A DNA stretch of 64,000 nucleotides from Squalus acanthias. Lineage: Eukaryota. The position numbers and the translations under genes are program-made. Below, one piece after another: positions 51,087 through 63,009 of the stretch. Positions within the stretch are counted from its first letter, which is position 1. Each line of letters begins with the position of its first letter. The notes below the pieces were generated by a model. That model was given only the letters and a program-made list of their open reading frames with translations. It had not been told where the DNA came from and searched no databases. The stretch is taken from contig JASTWF010000034.1 in the NCBI GenBank assembly GCA_030390025.1, forward strand, positions 5,766,001 through 5,830,000, given 5' to 3'.

Positions 51087-54000
51087 TGCGATTCAAAACG
51101 TGACGCGGGCAAGAGGAAACAGCTGATTGAGTGAGTACAGCCAGGTGAGTATTTACACGACTCCATAGTTTGACAGTTAAGGTTAATAGTTTATAAAGTT
51201 TAGATGGTCTTAATTTTGTGGTTATAGTTTCTAAGGTCTCAGTTGTGTAGCGGGGAGTGCTAGTAAACAATGGCCCTTGACTTTATCATTTAATTGCAGT
51301 GTAATTTGCAGCATTGATTTGATTTAATTTAATTTTAATTATTTATAGGTAAGTCATGGCAGCACAGCTCGGCCCCGTGGTATGCTCCTCCTGCAGTTTG
51401 TGGGGAATCAGGGACACTTCCTGTGTCCCTGACGACCATGTGTGCGGGAAGTGAATCCAGCTGCAGCTGCAGGCAGACCGCATTGCGGCGCTGAAGCTGC
51501 GAATGGATACATACTGGAGCATTCGCGATGCTGAGTACATGGTGGATATCACGTTTAATGAGTTGATTACACCGCAGGTAAACGCTGCACAGGAAGGAAG
51601 GGAATGGGTGACCGCCAGGCAGAGTAGTAGGCGCAGGCAGGTAGTGCAGTGGTCCCCTGTGGCCATCCTCCTCTCAAACAGATATACCGCTTTGGATATT
51701 GTTGAGGAGGATGGCTTATCGGGGGAAGACAGCTGCAGCCAACTTCCTGGCACCATGGGTGGTTCTGCTCCACAGGACGGGAGGAAAAAGAGCGGGAGAG
51801 CTACAGTGATAGGGGAGTCTATTGTAAGGGGAATAGATCGGCGTTTCTGCGGCTGCAAACGAGACTCCAGGATGGTATGTTGCCTCCCTGGTGCAAGGGT
51901 CAAGCATGTTTCGGAGCGGCTGCAGTGTATTCTGGATGGGGAGGGTGAACAGCCAGTTGTCGTGGTGCATATAGGTACCAACGACATAGGTAAAAAACGG
52001 GATGAGGTCCTAAAAGCTGAATATAGGGAGTTAAGAGGTAAATTATAAAATTGGAACTCAATCTCAGGATTGCTACCAGTGCCACGGAATAGTCAGAGTA
52101 GAAATAGAAGGATATTTCAGCTGAGTACGTGGCTGGAAGAATGGTGCAAGGAGGAGGGATTCAAATTCCTGGGACATTGGAAACGGTTCTGGGGGAGGTG
52201 GGACCAGTACAAACTGGAAAGTTTGCACCTGGGCATGACCGGGACCGATGTCCTAGGGGGAGTGCTTGCTAGTGCTGTTGAGGAGGGTTTAAACTAAAAT
52301 GGCAGGGGGTTGGGAACCTGTGCAGGGAGACAGAGGAAATGGAAGCAAGGATAGAAGCAAAAGACAGGAAGGAGAAAAGCAAAAGTGGAAGTCAGAGAAA
52401 GCAAGGGTGTAAATCAAACATGGCCACAGTAAACACTAATTCTAAAAGGTCTAAGAGTGATAAGTAAACAAGCCTGAAGGCTTTGTGTCTTAATGCGAGG
52501 AGCATTCGTAATAAGGTGGATGAATTAGCTGCGCAAATAGATGTAAACGGATATGATATAATTGGGATTACGGAGACATGGCTCCAGGGTGACCAAGGCT
52601 GGGAATTCAACATCCAGGGGTATTCAATATTCAGGAAGAACAGGCAAAGAGGAAAAGGAGGCGGTGTAGCATTGCTGGTTAAAGAGTTAATTCACACAAT
52701 AGTAAGGAAGGATATTAGCTCGGATGATGTCGAATCTGTATGGGTGGAGCTGAGAAATACCAAGGGGCAGAAAACATTAGTGGGATTTGTATACAAACCC
52801 CCAAACAGTCATGCTGAGGTTGGGGATGGCATTAAACGGGAAATTAGAGATGCGTGCAATAAGGGCACAGCAGTTATCATGGGTGACTTTAATCTACATA
52901 TAGATTGGGCTAATCAAATTAGTAACAATACTGTGGAAAATGAATTCCTTGAGTGTATACGGGATGGCTTCCTGGACCAATATGTCGAGGAACCAACTAG
53001 AGATCAGGCCATCTTAGACTGGGTATTATGTAATGAGAAAGGATTAATGAGCAATCCTGTTGTGCGAGGCCCCTTGGGGAGGAGCGATCATAATATGATA
53101 GAATTCTTCATTAAGATGGAGAGTGAAGTAGTAGTTGACTCAGAAACTTGGGCACTGAATTTCAATAAAGGAAACTGTGATGGTATGAGGCGCGAGTTGG
53201 CTAGGATGGATTGAGGAATGTTACTTCAAGGGTTGATGGTGGATAGGCAATTGCAAACATTTAAAGATCGCATGGATGAACTACAGAATTTCGTCATCCC
53301 TGTTTGGCATAAAAATAAAGCAAAAAAGGTGACTCAACCGTGGCTAGCAAGGGAAATTAAGAATAGCATAAGATCCAAGGAGAGAACATATAAATTGGTC
53401 ACAAAAAGCAGCAAACTTAAGGATTGGGAGCAGTTTAGGATTCAGCAAAGGAGGACAAAGGGATTAATTAAGAGGGGGAAAATAGAGTATGAGAGTAAGC
53501 CTGCAGGGAACATAAAAACTGACTGTAAAAATTCCATAGATATGTGAAGAGAAAAAGATTGGTGAAGTCAAGCGTAGGAACCTTGCAGTCAGAATCAGGG
53601 AAATTTATAATGGGGAACAAAGAAATGGCAGATCAATTAAATATATACTTTTGGTTCTGTCTTCACAAAGGAGGACACAAATAAACTCTCAGAGATGTCG
53701 GGGAACATAGGGTCTAATAAGGGAGGAACTGAATGAAATCAGTATTTGAAGGGTAATTGACGTGACTGAAGGCCGATAAATCCCCAGGGCCTGATAATCT
53801 ACATCCTAGGTTACTTCAGGAAGTGGCCCTAGAAATAGTCGATGCATTGCTGGTCATGTTCCAAAATTCTATAGACTGTGGAACAGTTCCCATGGATTGG
53901 AGGGTAGCTAATATAACTCCACTATATTAAAAAGCTGGGAGAGAGAAAACGGGGAATTATAGACCGGTAAGCTTGACATCGGTAGTGGGGAAAATGCTAG

Positions 54001-55360
54001 AGTCCATTATAAAAGATGTAATAGCAGAGCACTTGGAAAACAGTGACAGGATCGGACAAAGTCAACATGGATTTACAAAAGGTAAATCATGCTTGACTAA
54101 TCTACTGGAATTTTTTGAGGATGTAACTGGTAGAATAGGTAAGGGAGAACCAGTGGATGTGGTGTATTTGGACTTTCAGAAGGCTTTCGATCAGATCCCG
54201 CATAAGAGATTAGCGTGCGAAGTTAAGGCACATGGGATTGGGGGCAAGGTATTGACTTGGATAGAGAACTGGTTGGCAGACAGGAAGCAAAGAGTTGGAA
54301 TAAACGGGTCTTTTTCCGAGTGGCAGGCAGTGACTAGTGAGCGTTTGCAGGGATCGGTGCGAGGAACCCAGCTATTCACAGTATATATTAATAATCTAGA
54401 TGAGGGAACTAGATGTAATATCTCCAAGTTTTCAGACGACACAAAGCTGGGTGGGTGTGTGTGCTGTGTGAGGAGGATGCAGAGAAACTCCAATATGATT
54501 TGCACAGGTTGGGTGATTGATCAGATGCATGGCAGATGCAGTATAATGTGGGTAAATACGAGGTTTTCCACTTTGGTGGCAAAAACAGGAAGACAGTTTA
54601 TTATCTGAACGGCAATAGATTGGGAGAAGGGGAAGTGCAACGAGACCTGCGTGTCCTTGTGCACCAGTTGCTGAAGGTAAGCATGCAGGTGCAGCAGGCA
54701 GTTAAGAAGGCAAATGGTATGTTGGCCTTCACAGCAAGAGGATTCGAGGACAGGAGCAAGGATGTCTTGTTGCAGTTGCACAGAGCCTTGGTGAGACCAC
54801 ACCTTGAGTATTGTGTGCAGTTGTGGTCGTCTTATCTGAGGAAGGATGTTCTTGCCATGGAGGGAGTGCAGCGAAGATTCACCAGACTGATACCTGGGAT
54901 GGCAGGAATGACGTATGAAGAGAGATTGTTTCGATTAGGCTTATAGTCGCTGGAGTTTAGAAGAATCAGAGGGGGTCTCATTGAAACTCATAAAAGTCTA
55001 ACAGGACTAGACAGACTAGATGCAGGAAGGATGTTCCCGATGGCGGGGGAGTCCAAAACCAGGGGTCACAGTCTAAGGATAAGGGGTAAGCCATTTAGGA
55101 CTGAGATGAGGAGGAATTTCGTCACCCAGAGAGTGGTGAACCTGTGAAATTCTCTACCACAGAAGGCAGTTGAGGCCAATTTATTAAATATATTCAAGAA
55201 GGAGTTAGTTATATTTCTTAAGGCTAAAGGGATCAAGGGTTATGGGGAGAAAGCAGGGACAGGGTTCTGAATTTGGATGATCAGCCATGATCGCATTGAA
55301 TATCGGAGCAGGCTCGAGGGGCCGAATGGACTACTCCTGCTCCTATCTTCTATGTTTCTA
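51087..55360 (+). mobile_element. Full-length-sized CR1 LINE (~4.3 kb), inactivated by stops and frameshifts
   Basis: 5' UTR, then ORF1 from ATG 51356 (CSSC...CGK*, GESIVRG, HIGTND) to ~52297. ORF2 has an APE endonuclease (CLNARSIRNK, ITETW, YKPPN, GDFN, SDHN) and RT (QHGF, LDFQKAFD, FSDD). Tail TTCTATGTTTCTA; candidate TSD TGTT at 51083-51086 and 55361-55364. Confidence 0.95.
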
Positions 55361-58300
55361 TGTTCTGCCTATCTAACCAAACCGTTTATATCGTCCTGTA
55401 GCCTGAGGCTTTCGTCCTCGCTTTTTACCACTCCACCAATTTTCGTGTCATCTGCGAACTTGCTGATCATACCTCCTACATTCATATCTGAATCATTAAT
55501 GTACACTACAAACAGCAAAGGTCCCAGCACCGATCCCTGCGGTACACCACTGGACCCAGGCATCAAGTCACAAAAACATCCTTCGACCATCACACTCTGC
55601 CTCCTGCCACTAAACCAATTTTGGATCCAATGTGCCAAATTGCCCTGGATTCCATGGGCTCTTACCTTCTTGACCAGTCTTCCATGTGGGACGTTGTCAA
55701 AAGCCTTACTGAAGACCATGTAGACGACATCAACTGCACTACCCTCATCCAGAAACCTGGTCACTTCAATCAAATTGCTTAGAACTGATCTCCCCCTTCC
55801 AAAGCCATGCTGACGATCCTTGATCAATCCTTGCCTCTTCAAGTGTAGACTAACTCTGTCCCTCTGAATTTTTTCCAAGAATTTCCCTACCACTGATGTT
55901 AGGCTCAATGGCCTGTAATTTCCTGGTTTATCCCTACTAACCTTCTTGAACAATGGTACTATGTTGGCTGTTCTCCAGTCATCTGGCACCTCCCCTGTGG
56001 TCAGAGAGGTTCTGAAAATTTATGTCAGAGCCCCTGCAGTCTCCTCCCTTGCCTCACACTGCAGCCTGGGATACATCTCGTCTGGGCCTGGGGATTTATC
56101 CACTTTTATGCCCACTAAAACCGCAATACCTCCTCCCTCTCAATACTAATTTATTCAAGTATACCACAATCGCCTTGCCTGATTTCTATGCCTACATCGT
56201 CCATCTCCATAGTGAACACAAATGCAAAATATTCATTTAAAACCTCACCCACATCTTCTGGCTCTACACACAGATTACCACTTTGGTCCCTAATGGGCCC
56301 TACTCTTTCCCTGGTTATCCTCTTGCCCTTAATATACTTATAAAACACCTTGGGATTTTCCTTTTTTTTGCCCGCCAGTGTTTTTTTCCATGCCCCCTCT
56401 TCGCTCTCCTAATTTCTTTTTTAAGTACCCCCCTGCACTTTCTATACTCCTCTAGGGCTTCCACTGTTTCTAGTCCTTTGTATCTGCCTAATGCCTCTCT
56501 TTCTTTCCCAATCCATTCTTGTATATCCCTTGACATCCAGGATTCCCTGGGCTTGTTGGTCCCAACCTTGACTTTTACGGGAACATGTTGGTGTTGTACT
56601 CTCTCTATTTCCTTTCTGAAAGAGTACCACTGCTCTGATGTGGATTTTCCTACAAATAGCTGATCCTAGTCCACTTTAACCAGATCCTGCCTTATCATAT
56701 TAAAATTGGCCTTCCCCCAATTTAGAACCATTATTCCGGTCCATCTTTGTCCTTTTCAATGACTACCTTAAATCTCACCGAATTATGGTCACTGTCACCA
56801 AAATGCTCTCCTACTAACACTTCTACCACTTGCATGGCTACATTCCCTAGAATTAGGTCCAGAACTGCCCCCTCTCTTGTAGCACTTTCTATATGTTGGC
56901 TCAAAAAGCTCTCCTGGATGCACTTTAACAATTCCGCACCCTCTAAGCCTTTCACACTCTGACTATCCCAGTTAATATTGGGGAAGTTGAAATCCCCTAC
57001 TATTATTACCCTATTATTCAGACACTTCTCTGAGATTTGCCTACATATCTGTTCTTCTATCTCCCCCTGACGGTTTGGGGCCCTGTAGTACACTCCCAGC
57101 AAAGTGCTTGCCCACTTTTTGGTTTTAAGTTCTACCCATATGGCCTCCTTAGAGGAACCTGCTAAGATATCATCCCTCATTACTGCAGTAATTGACTCCT
57201 TGATTAATATTGAGACACCCCCTCCTCTTTTACACCCCCTGTGTCTCGCCTGAAGATTCTATACCCCGGAATATTGAGCTGCCTGTCCTGCCCCTCCCTC
57301 AACCATGTATCTGTGATAGCAACAATATCATATCCCATGTGTTCATCAACACCTTCAATTCATCTGCCTTACTCGCAAGACTCCTTGCATTAAAATAAAT
57401 GCCCACCAGGCTTGCCTTACATTCTTGTGCCGTTACATATTTGCTCTGCCTTCCAGGCTGACTTGTTTTTTCCTCTATATTTGGCTGTGCATCACCCCCT
57501 ACTATAGCTCCACTCCGTATCCTATCCCTCTGCCAAGTTAGTTTAAACCGCACCCGCCTCCCCCCCCCCCCCGCCCCCCGCGCCAACAGCACTAGCAAAC
57601 CTCCCCGGAAGGATGTTGATCCCGTTCCGGTTCAGGTGCAACCCGTCCAAATTGTACAGGTCCCACCTTCCCCAGAAGCAGACCCAGTGATCCAGGAAAC
57701 GAAAGCCCTCCCTCCTGCACCAACTCTTTAGCCACGCATTCATCTGCTCTATCCTCCTTTTCCTATATTCACTAGCAAGTGGCACCGGGAGTAAAACAAA
57801 GATTACAACCTTTGAGGTCCTGCTTTTTAATCTGCTACCTAGCTCCCTAAATTCTTGTTGCAGGACCTCATCCCTCTTTTTACCCATGTCGTTGGTACCA
57901 ATGTGGATTACGACCTCTGACTGTTCGCCCTCCCCCTTCAGAATACCCTGCAGCCGTTCAGTGACATCCTTGAACCTGGCACCAGGGAGGCAACATACCA
58001 TCCTGGAGTCACGTCTGCGGCCACAGAAACGTCTATCTGTTCCCCTTACGATAGAATCCCCTGTCACTATTGCTCTCCCACTCTTTCCCCCCCCCCCACG
58101 CCTCCTGTGGTGCTGAGCCACTCGTAGTGCCATGGACTTGGCTCTTGCTGCATTCCTCTGAGAAACCCTCTCCCCCATCAGTATCCAAAATGGAAAATCT
58201 ATTGGAGAGGGAGATGGACCTTGGGGACTCCTGCACTGCCTTCCTAGTTCTTTTACACTGTCTGGCTGTCATCTATTTCCTATCTGCCTGTGCACTCTTT

Positions 58301-58786
58301 ACCTGCGGTGTGACCACCTCGTTAAATGTTCTATCCACGAAGATCTCAGCTTTGCGGATGCTCCACAGTGACTCCAGTCGCAGCTCCAGCTCCGAAACGC
58401 GGTTTTCGAGTAGCTGCAGCTGGAGACACTTCCTGCACATGTGTCCGCCCTGGACACCTAAAGTGTCCCTGACTTCCAACATAGCACAGGAGGAGCACTC
58501 CACGCTGCCGAGCTGCCCTGCCATGTCCTACCAATAATTTACTCCCTTTAAATTAAAGAATATTAAATACACTAGGTACCTTACTTCCCTTTAAGCACTA
58601 CTTGCTCTAAACTCGAGACCTTACTTTTACTTTAACGACTGGACTGTAGAAATACTGACCGGGTCTTGGAAGCTGACAAAGACAGAAAAAGAAAGGAACA
58701 CATCCCTCCCTGAACTCCCTCACTCACCAAACTCGCAGCTTAACACTCGGATCCAAGCTGCACTCCATGACAAACTGCACTCAAGC

Positions 58787-59574
58787 CAGCACTGAGGGAG
58801 TGCTGCATTGTTGGAGGGGCAGTACTGAGGGAGTGCATCTCTGTCAGAGGGGCAGTACTGAGGGAGCACTGCACTGTCAGAGGGGCAGTACTGAGGGAGC
58901 GCATCACTGTCAGAGGGGCAGTACTGAGGGAGTGCATCACTGTCAGAGGGACAGTACTGAGGGAGCGCATCACTGTCAGAGGGGCAGTACTGAGGGAGCG
59001 CATCACTGTCAGAGGGGCAGTACTGAGGGAGCGCCGCACTGTCAGAGGGGCTGTACTGAGGGAGCGCATCACTGTCAGAGGGGCAATACTGAGGGAGCAC
59101 ATCTCTGTCAGAGGGTCAGTACTGAGGGAGCGCATCACTGTCAGAGTGGCAGTACTGAGGGAGCACTGCACTGTCAGAGGGGCAGTACTGAGGGAGCACT
59201 GCCCTGTCAGAGGGGCCGTACTGAGGGAGCACTGCACTGTTAGTGGGGCAGTACTGAGGGAGCACTGCACTGTCAGAGGGGCAGTACTGAGGGAGCACTG
59301 CACTGTCAGAGGGGCAGTACTGAGGGAGCACTGCACTGTCAGTGGGGCAGTACTGAGGGAGCACTGCACTGTCAGAGGGGCAGTACTGAGGGAGCACTGC
59401 ACTGTCAGAGGGGCAGTACTGAGGGAGCGCTGCACTGTCAGAGGGGCAGTACTAAGGGAGCGCATCACTGTCAGAGGGGCAGTACTGAGGGAGCACTGCA
59501 CTGTCAGAGGGGCAGTACTGAGGGAGCACTGCACTGTCAGAGGGGCAGTACTGAGGGAGCACTGCACTGTCAGA
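58787..59574 (+). repeat. 33-bp minisatellite (~24 units) derived from a SINE body segment
   Basis: Unit GCAGTACTGAGGGAGCACTGCACTGTCAGAGGG. The first unit CAGCACTGAGGGAGTGCTGCATTGTTGGAGG nearly matches CAGTACTGAGGGAGTGCTGCACTGTTGGAGG in the SINE at ~62362-62392. Confidence 0.95.
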
Positions 59575-60045
59575 TAGGTAGGTTGGTGAGGACGTGGTCA
59601 AGCAGGCTATTCTCTCATCTTGGGTCTCCCACCACCTGCCGCAATCCCAGTCTGGCAGCTGTGTTCTTCAGGACTCGGTTAATGATGGTACTTCCGAGCC
59701 ACTCTTGGTGATGGACATTGAAGTTTCCCCCTCCCGACCCAGAGTATAATTTGCGCCTTTTCTGCTCTCGGTGCTCCCATCAACTGGTGTTCAGCATGAC
59801 GATGTGCCGATTCATCAGCTGAGGGAGGGCGGTAGGTGGTAATCGGCAGGAAGTTATCTTGCCCATGTCTGACTGGAAGCCATCAGACTTCATTATATCC
59901 TCAGGCAATGTTGAGGACTCGCAGGGTTTCTCCCTCCCGATTGTATACCCCTGTGTCCCAACCTCTGGTGGGTCTGTGCAGACCCTGGAATGGTGATGGA
60001 GGGTTTGAGAATGTTGACTGACAGGTATGTTTCTGTGAGTATGAT
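59575..60045 (-). mobile_element. Decayed LINE endonuclease fragment
   Basis: The reverse strand of 59695-59727 encodes NFNVHHQEWLG (GDFN motif region). IIILTETYL in the minus ORF 59893..60096 resembles the EN xTETW motif. Confidence 0.7.
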
Positions 60046-60273
60046 TATGCGAGAATTTAATGTTTCCAGAGTGTTTCCTGGAGTATTGAGGTGCATACAG
60101 CGTATTTATCTCATTGGTTAATATTTTAAGTGTTTTTCCTTTTATCCCTTCGTTTTAATCCTCTGCTCCTTTTAATTATTCTTCCCCTCGGTCAAACACG
60201 ATGACATGTTTGTCTGGGTAAGGTCACTCTTCTTCTTCTTCTTCCATTTTCAGGCAAAAGAGAAATGAACTGA

Positions 60274-61948
60274 GAATGAAATTCCTAAACTGAGGTGGGA
60301 GCAGTGTAATCTAGGCGGCCCTGGGAATCACATTCCTGGACTGAGGTGGGAGCAGTGTAATCTAGGCAGCCCTGGGAATGAAATTCCTGGACTGAGGTGG
60401 GAGCAGTGTAATCTAGGCAGACCTGGGAATGAAATTCCTAGACTGAGGTGGGAGCAGTGTAATCTAGTCTGTCCTGGGAATGAAATTCCTGGATTGAGGT
60501 AGGAGCAGTGTAATCTAGGCAGTCCTGGGAATGAAGTGCCTGGACTGAGGTGGGAGCAGTGTAATCTAGTCTGTCCCGCGGATGAAATTCCTGGACTGAG
60601 GTGGGAGCAGTGTAATCTAGTATGTCCCGGGAATGAAATTCCTGGACTAAGGTGGGAGCAGTGCAATCTAGTCTGTCCTGGGAATGAAATTCCTGGACTG
60701 TGGCGGGAGCAGTGTAATCTAGTCTGTCCCGGGGATGAAATTCCTGGATTTAGGTGGGAGCAGTGTAATTTAGGCGACCCTGGGAATGAAATTCCGGGAC
60801 TGACGCAGGAGCAGTGTAACCTAGACTCTCCCGGGAATGAAATTCCTGGATTGAGGTGGGAGCAGTGTAATCTAGGCAGCCCAGGGAATAAAATTCCTGG
60901 ATTGAGGCGGGAGCAGTGTAATCTAGCAGCCCAGGGAATAAAATTCCTGGATTGAGGTGGGAGCAGTGGAATCTAGGCAGCCCTGGGAATGAAATTCGTG
61001 GATTGAGGTGGGACCAGTGTAATCTAGGCTGTGCCTGGAAATGAAATTCCTGGATTGAGGTGGGAGCAGTGTAATCTAGGCTGTGCCTGAGAATGAAATT
61101 GCTGGACTGAGGTGGGAGCAGTGTAATCTAGGCAGCCCTGGGAATGAAATTCCTGGATTGAGGTGGGAGCAGTGTAATCTAGGCAGCCCTGGGAATGAAA
61201 TTCCTGGACTGAGGTGGGAGCAGCGTAATCTAGGCTGTGCCTGGGAATGAAATTCCTGGACTGAGGTGGGAGCAGTGTAATCTAGGCTGTCCTGGGAATG
61301 AAATTCCTGGACTGAGGTGGGAGCAGTGTAATCTAGGCTGTCCTGGGAATGAAATTCCTGGATTGAGGTGGGAGCAGTGTAATCTGGGCTGTCCTGGGAA
61401 TGAAATTCCTGGATTGAGGTGGGAGCAGTGTAATCTGGGCTGTCCTGGGAATGAAATTCCTGGATTGAGGTGGGAGCAGTGTAATCTAGGCTGTGCCTGG
61501 GAATGAAATTCCTGGATTGAGGTGGGAGCAGTGTAATCTAGGCAGCCCTGGGAATCACATTCCTGGATTGAGGTGGGAGCAGTGTAATCTAGGCAGCCCT
61601 GGGAATCACATTCCTGGATTGAGGTGGGAGCAGTGTAATCTAGGCTGTGCCTGGGAATGAAATTCCTGGATTGAGGCGGGAGCAGTGTAATCTAGGCTGT
61701 CCTGGGAATGAAATTCCTGGATTGAGGTGGGAGCAATGTAATCTAGGCAGCCCTGGGAATCACATTCCTGGATTGAGATGGGAGCAGTGTAATCTAGGCG
61801 GCCCTGGGAATGAAATTCCTTTACTGAGGTGGGAGCAGTGTAATCTAGGCTGTGCCTGGGAATGAAATTCCTTTACTGAGGTGGGAGCAGTGTAATCTAG
61901 GCTGTGCCTGGGAATCACATTCCTGGATTGAGGTGGGAGCAGTGTAAT
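60274..61948 (+). repeat. 51/52-bp minisatellite (~32 units)
   Basis: Unit GGGAATGAAATTCCTGGA(C/T)TGAGGTGGGAGCAGTGTAATCTAGGC(AGCC/TGTC)CT, which produces 17-aa repeating pseudo-ORFs. Confidence 0.96.
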
Positions 61949-62250
61949 GGTACCTCTATTGTTTCTTAACTCTAACCAAATAGATTCTGTCCTTGACCCC
62001 TCGAAGACACCCTCTTTCTCCAGCACTAATATTCTCCATAATCAATACTGTTAATCCACCTCCTTTCTTTCCTTCCCTATCTTTCCCGAACATCTTATAT
62101 CCAGGTATATTTAGTACCCAATCCTACCCTTTTTGAGCCAGGTCTCTGTTATCGTCACGACATCATTTTCCTATGTGGCTATTTGCGCCTGCAGCTCACC
62201 TACTTATTGACCACGCTTCGTGCGTTTGCACACATGCACTGTAAACCCAT
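61937..62250 (-). mobile_element. CR1 endonuclease fragment
   Basis: Minus frame EGSRTESIWLELRNNRGTITLL. The reverse strand of ~62210-62228 reads like (C)ANARSV, the EN N-terminal motif. Confidence 0.8.
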
Positions 62251-62256
62251 CTGACA

Positions 62257-62712
62257 GTGTCAGCTGTGGCTCAGTAGGTAGCACACTCGCCTCTCAGTCA
62301 GAGGTTGTGGGTTCCAAGCTCCAGGGACTTGAGACCATAAATCTAGGCTGACTCTCCAGTGCAGTACTGAGGGAGTGCTGCACTGTTGGAGGTGCCGTCT
62401 TTCGGATGAGATGTTAAACTGCTCTCTCAGGTGGACGTAAAAGATCCCGTTGCACTAGTTCGATGAAGAGTAGTGAAGTTATCCCCGGTGTCCTGGCCAA
62501 TAATTATCGCTCAATCAACATAACAAAAACTATTAATCTGGTCATTTTCACATTGCTGTTTTTGGGAGCTTGCTGTGCGCAAATTGGCTGCGGTGTTTCT
62601 CACCTGACAACAGTGACTACACTTCAAAAGTATTCATTGGCTGTAAAACGCTTCAAGACGTCCGGAGGTCGTGAAAGGCGATATATAAATGTAAGTCTTT
62701 CTTTCTCTTTTA
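62257..62712 (+). mobile_element. tRNA-derived SINE, DeuSINE/SacSINE1-like, with L2-type tail
   Basis: A-box TGGCTCAGTAGG and degenerate B-box GGTTCCAAG. Central CAGGTGGACGTAAAAGATCCC...CCCGGTGTCCTGGCCAA resembles the Deu domain as recalled. Tail GAAAGGCGATATATAAATGTAAGTCTTTCTTT. Confidence 0.85.
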
Positions 62713-62727
62713 TTTAGACCTTACAAT

Positions 62728-62970
62728 AGCAAAATACTGCGGATGCTGGAAATCTGAAATAACAACAGAAAATGCTGGAAACACTCAGCAATTCAGGCAG
62801 CATCCGTGGAGAGAAACAGAGTTAGCGTTTCAGGTCTGTGACCCTTCGACATAACTGGAAAAAGTTAGAAATGTAACAGATTGTAAGCAGGTGTAGGGGC
62901 AGGGAAAGGCGGGGGGAGGAATGAACAAAAGAGATGGTCTGTGATAGGGTGGAAGGCAGGAGAGGTTAAA
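62728..62970 (-). mobile_element. Probable Penelope-like element terminal remnant
   Basis: The reverse strand reads GAAGGGTCACAGACCTGAAACGCTAACTCTGTTTCTCTCCACGGATGCTGCCTGAATTGCTGAGTGTTTCCAGC..., which I recall as a common chondrichthyan PLE-type terminus. No coding part is present. Confidence 0.55.
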
Positions 62971-63009
62971 TGTTCCCAATGGGAATGGCAGAATCATTGG
63001 CTGTAAAAC

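Larger units (their letters stand above)
48743..58745 (-). mobile_element. Near full-length but inactivated CR1 LINE (ORF1 zinc finger/esterase plus ORF2 EN-RT), split into 48743-49417, 50924-51086 and 55361-58745 by two younger insertions
   Basis: ORF1 starts at 58524 (MAGQLGSVECSSC...HMCRKC; GDSIVRG, HIGTND, DGLHLN SGNH-type motifs) and ends at 57543. EN motifs (NARSL, YYRAPN, GDFNFP, SDHN) and RT motifs (PQGSVLGP, FADD) follow. The three pieces join colinearly and the 3' tail is at ~48743. Confidence 0.88.

Noticed and set aside
51087..55360. Active autonomous retrotransposon or domesticated RT gene
   Set aside because: Multiple in-frame stops and frameshifts in ORF1 and ORF2, and the FADD motif is mutated to FSDD.
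58720..59577. Repetitive ORFs up to 275 aa (STAPLTVQCSL / LPQYCPSDSA)
   Set aside because: The 33-bp unit is a multiple of 3 and open in several frames on both strands; it derives from SINE sequence.
60228..60273. Strong polypyrimidine tract plus TTTTCAG acceptor at ~60253 as exon 2 of copy B
   Set aside because: A phase-1 join would give GKREMN-stop with no TM sequence; cannot be supported without transcripts.
60328..61865. PGNEIPGLRWEQCNLGC repeat ORFs
   Set aside because: Minisatellite translation interrupted by 52-bp frameshifting units; no gene structure.
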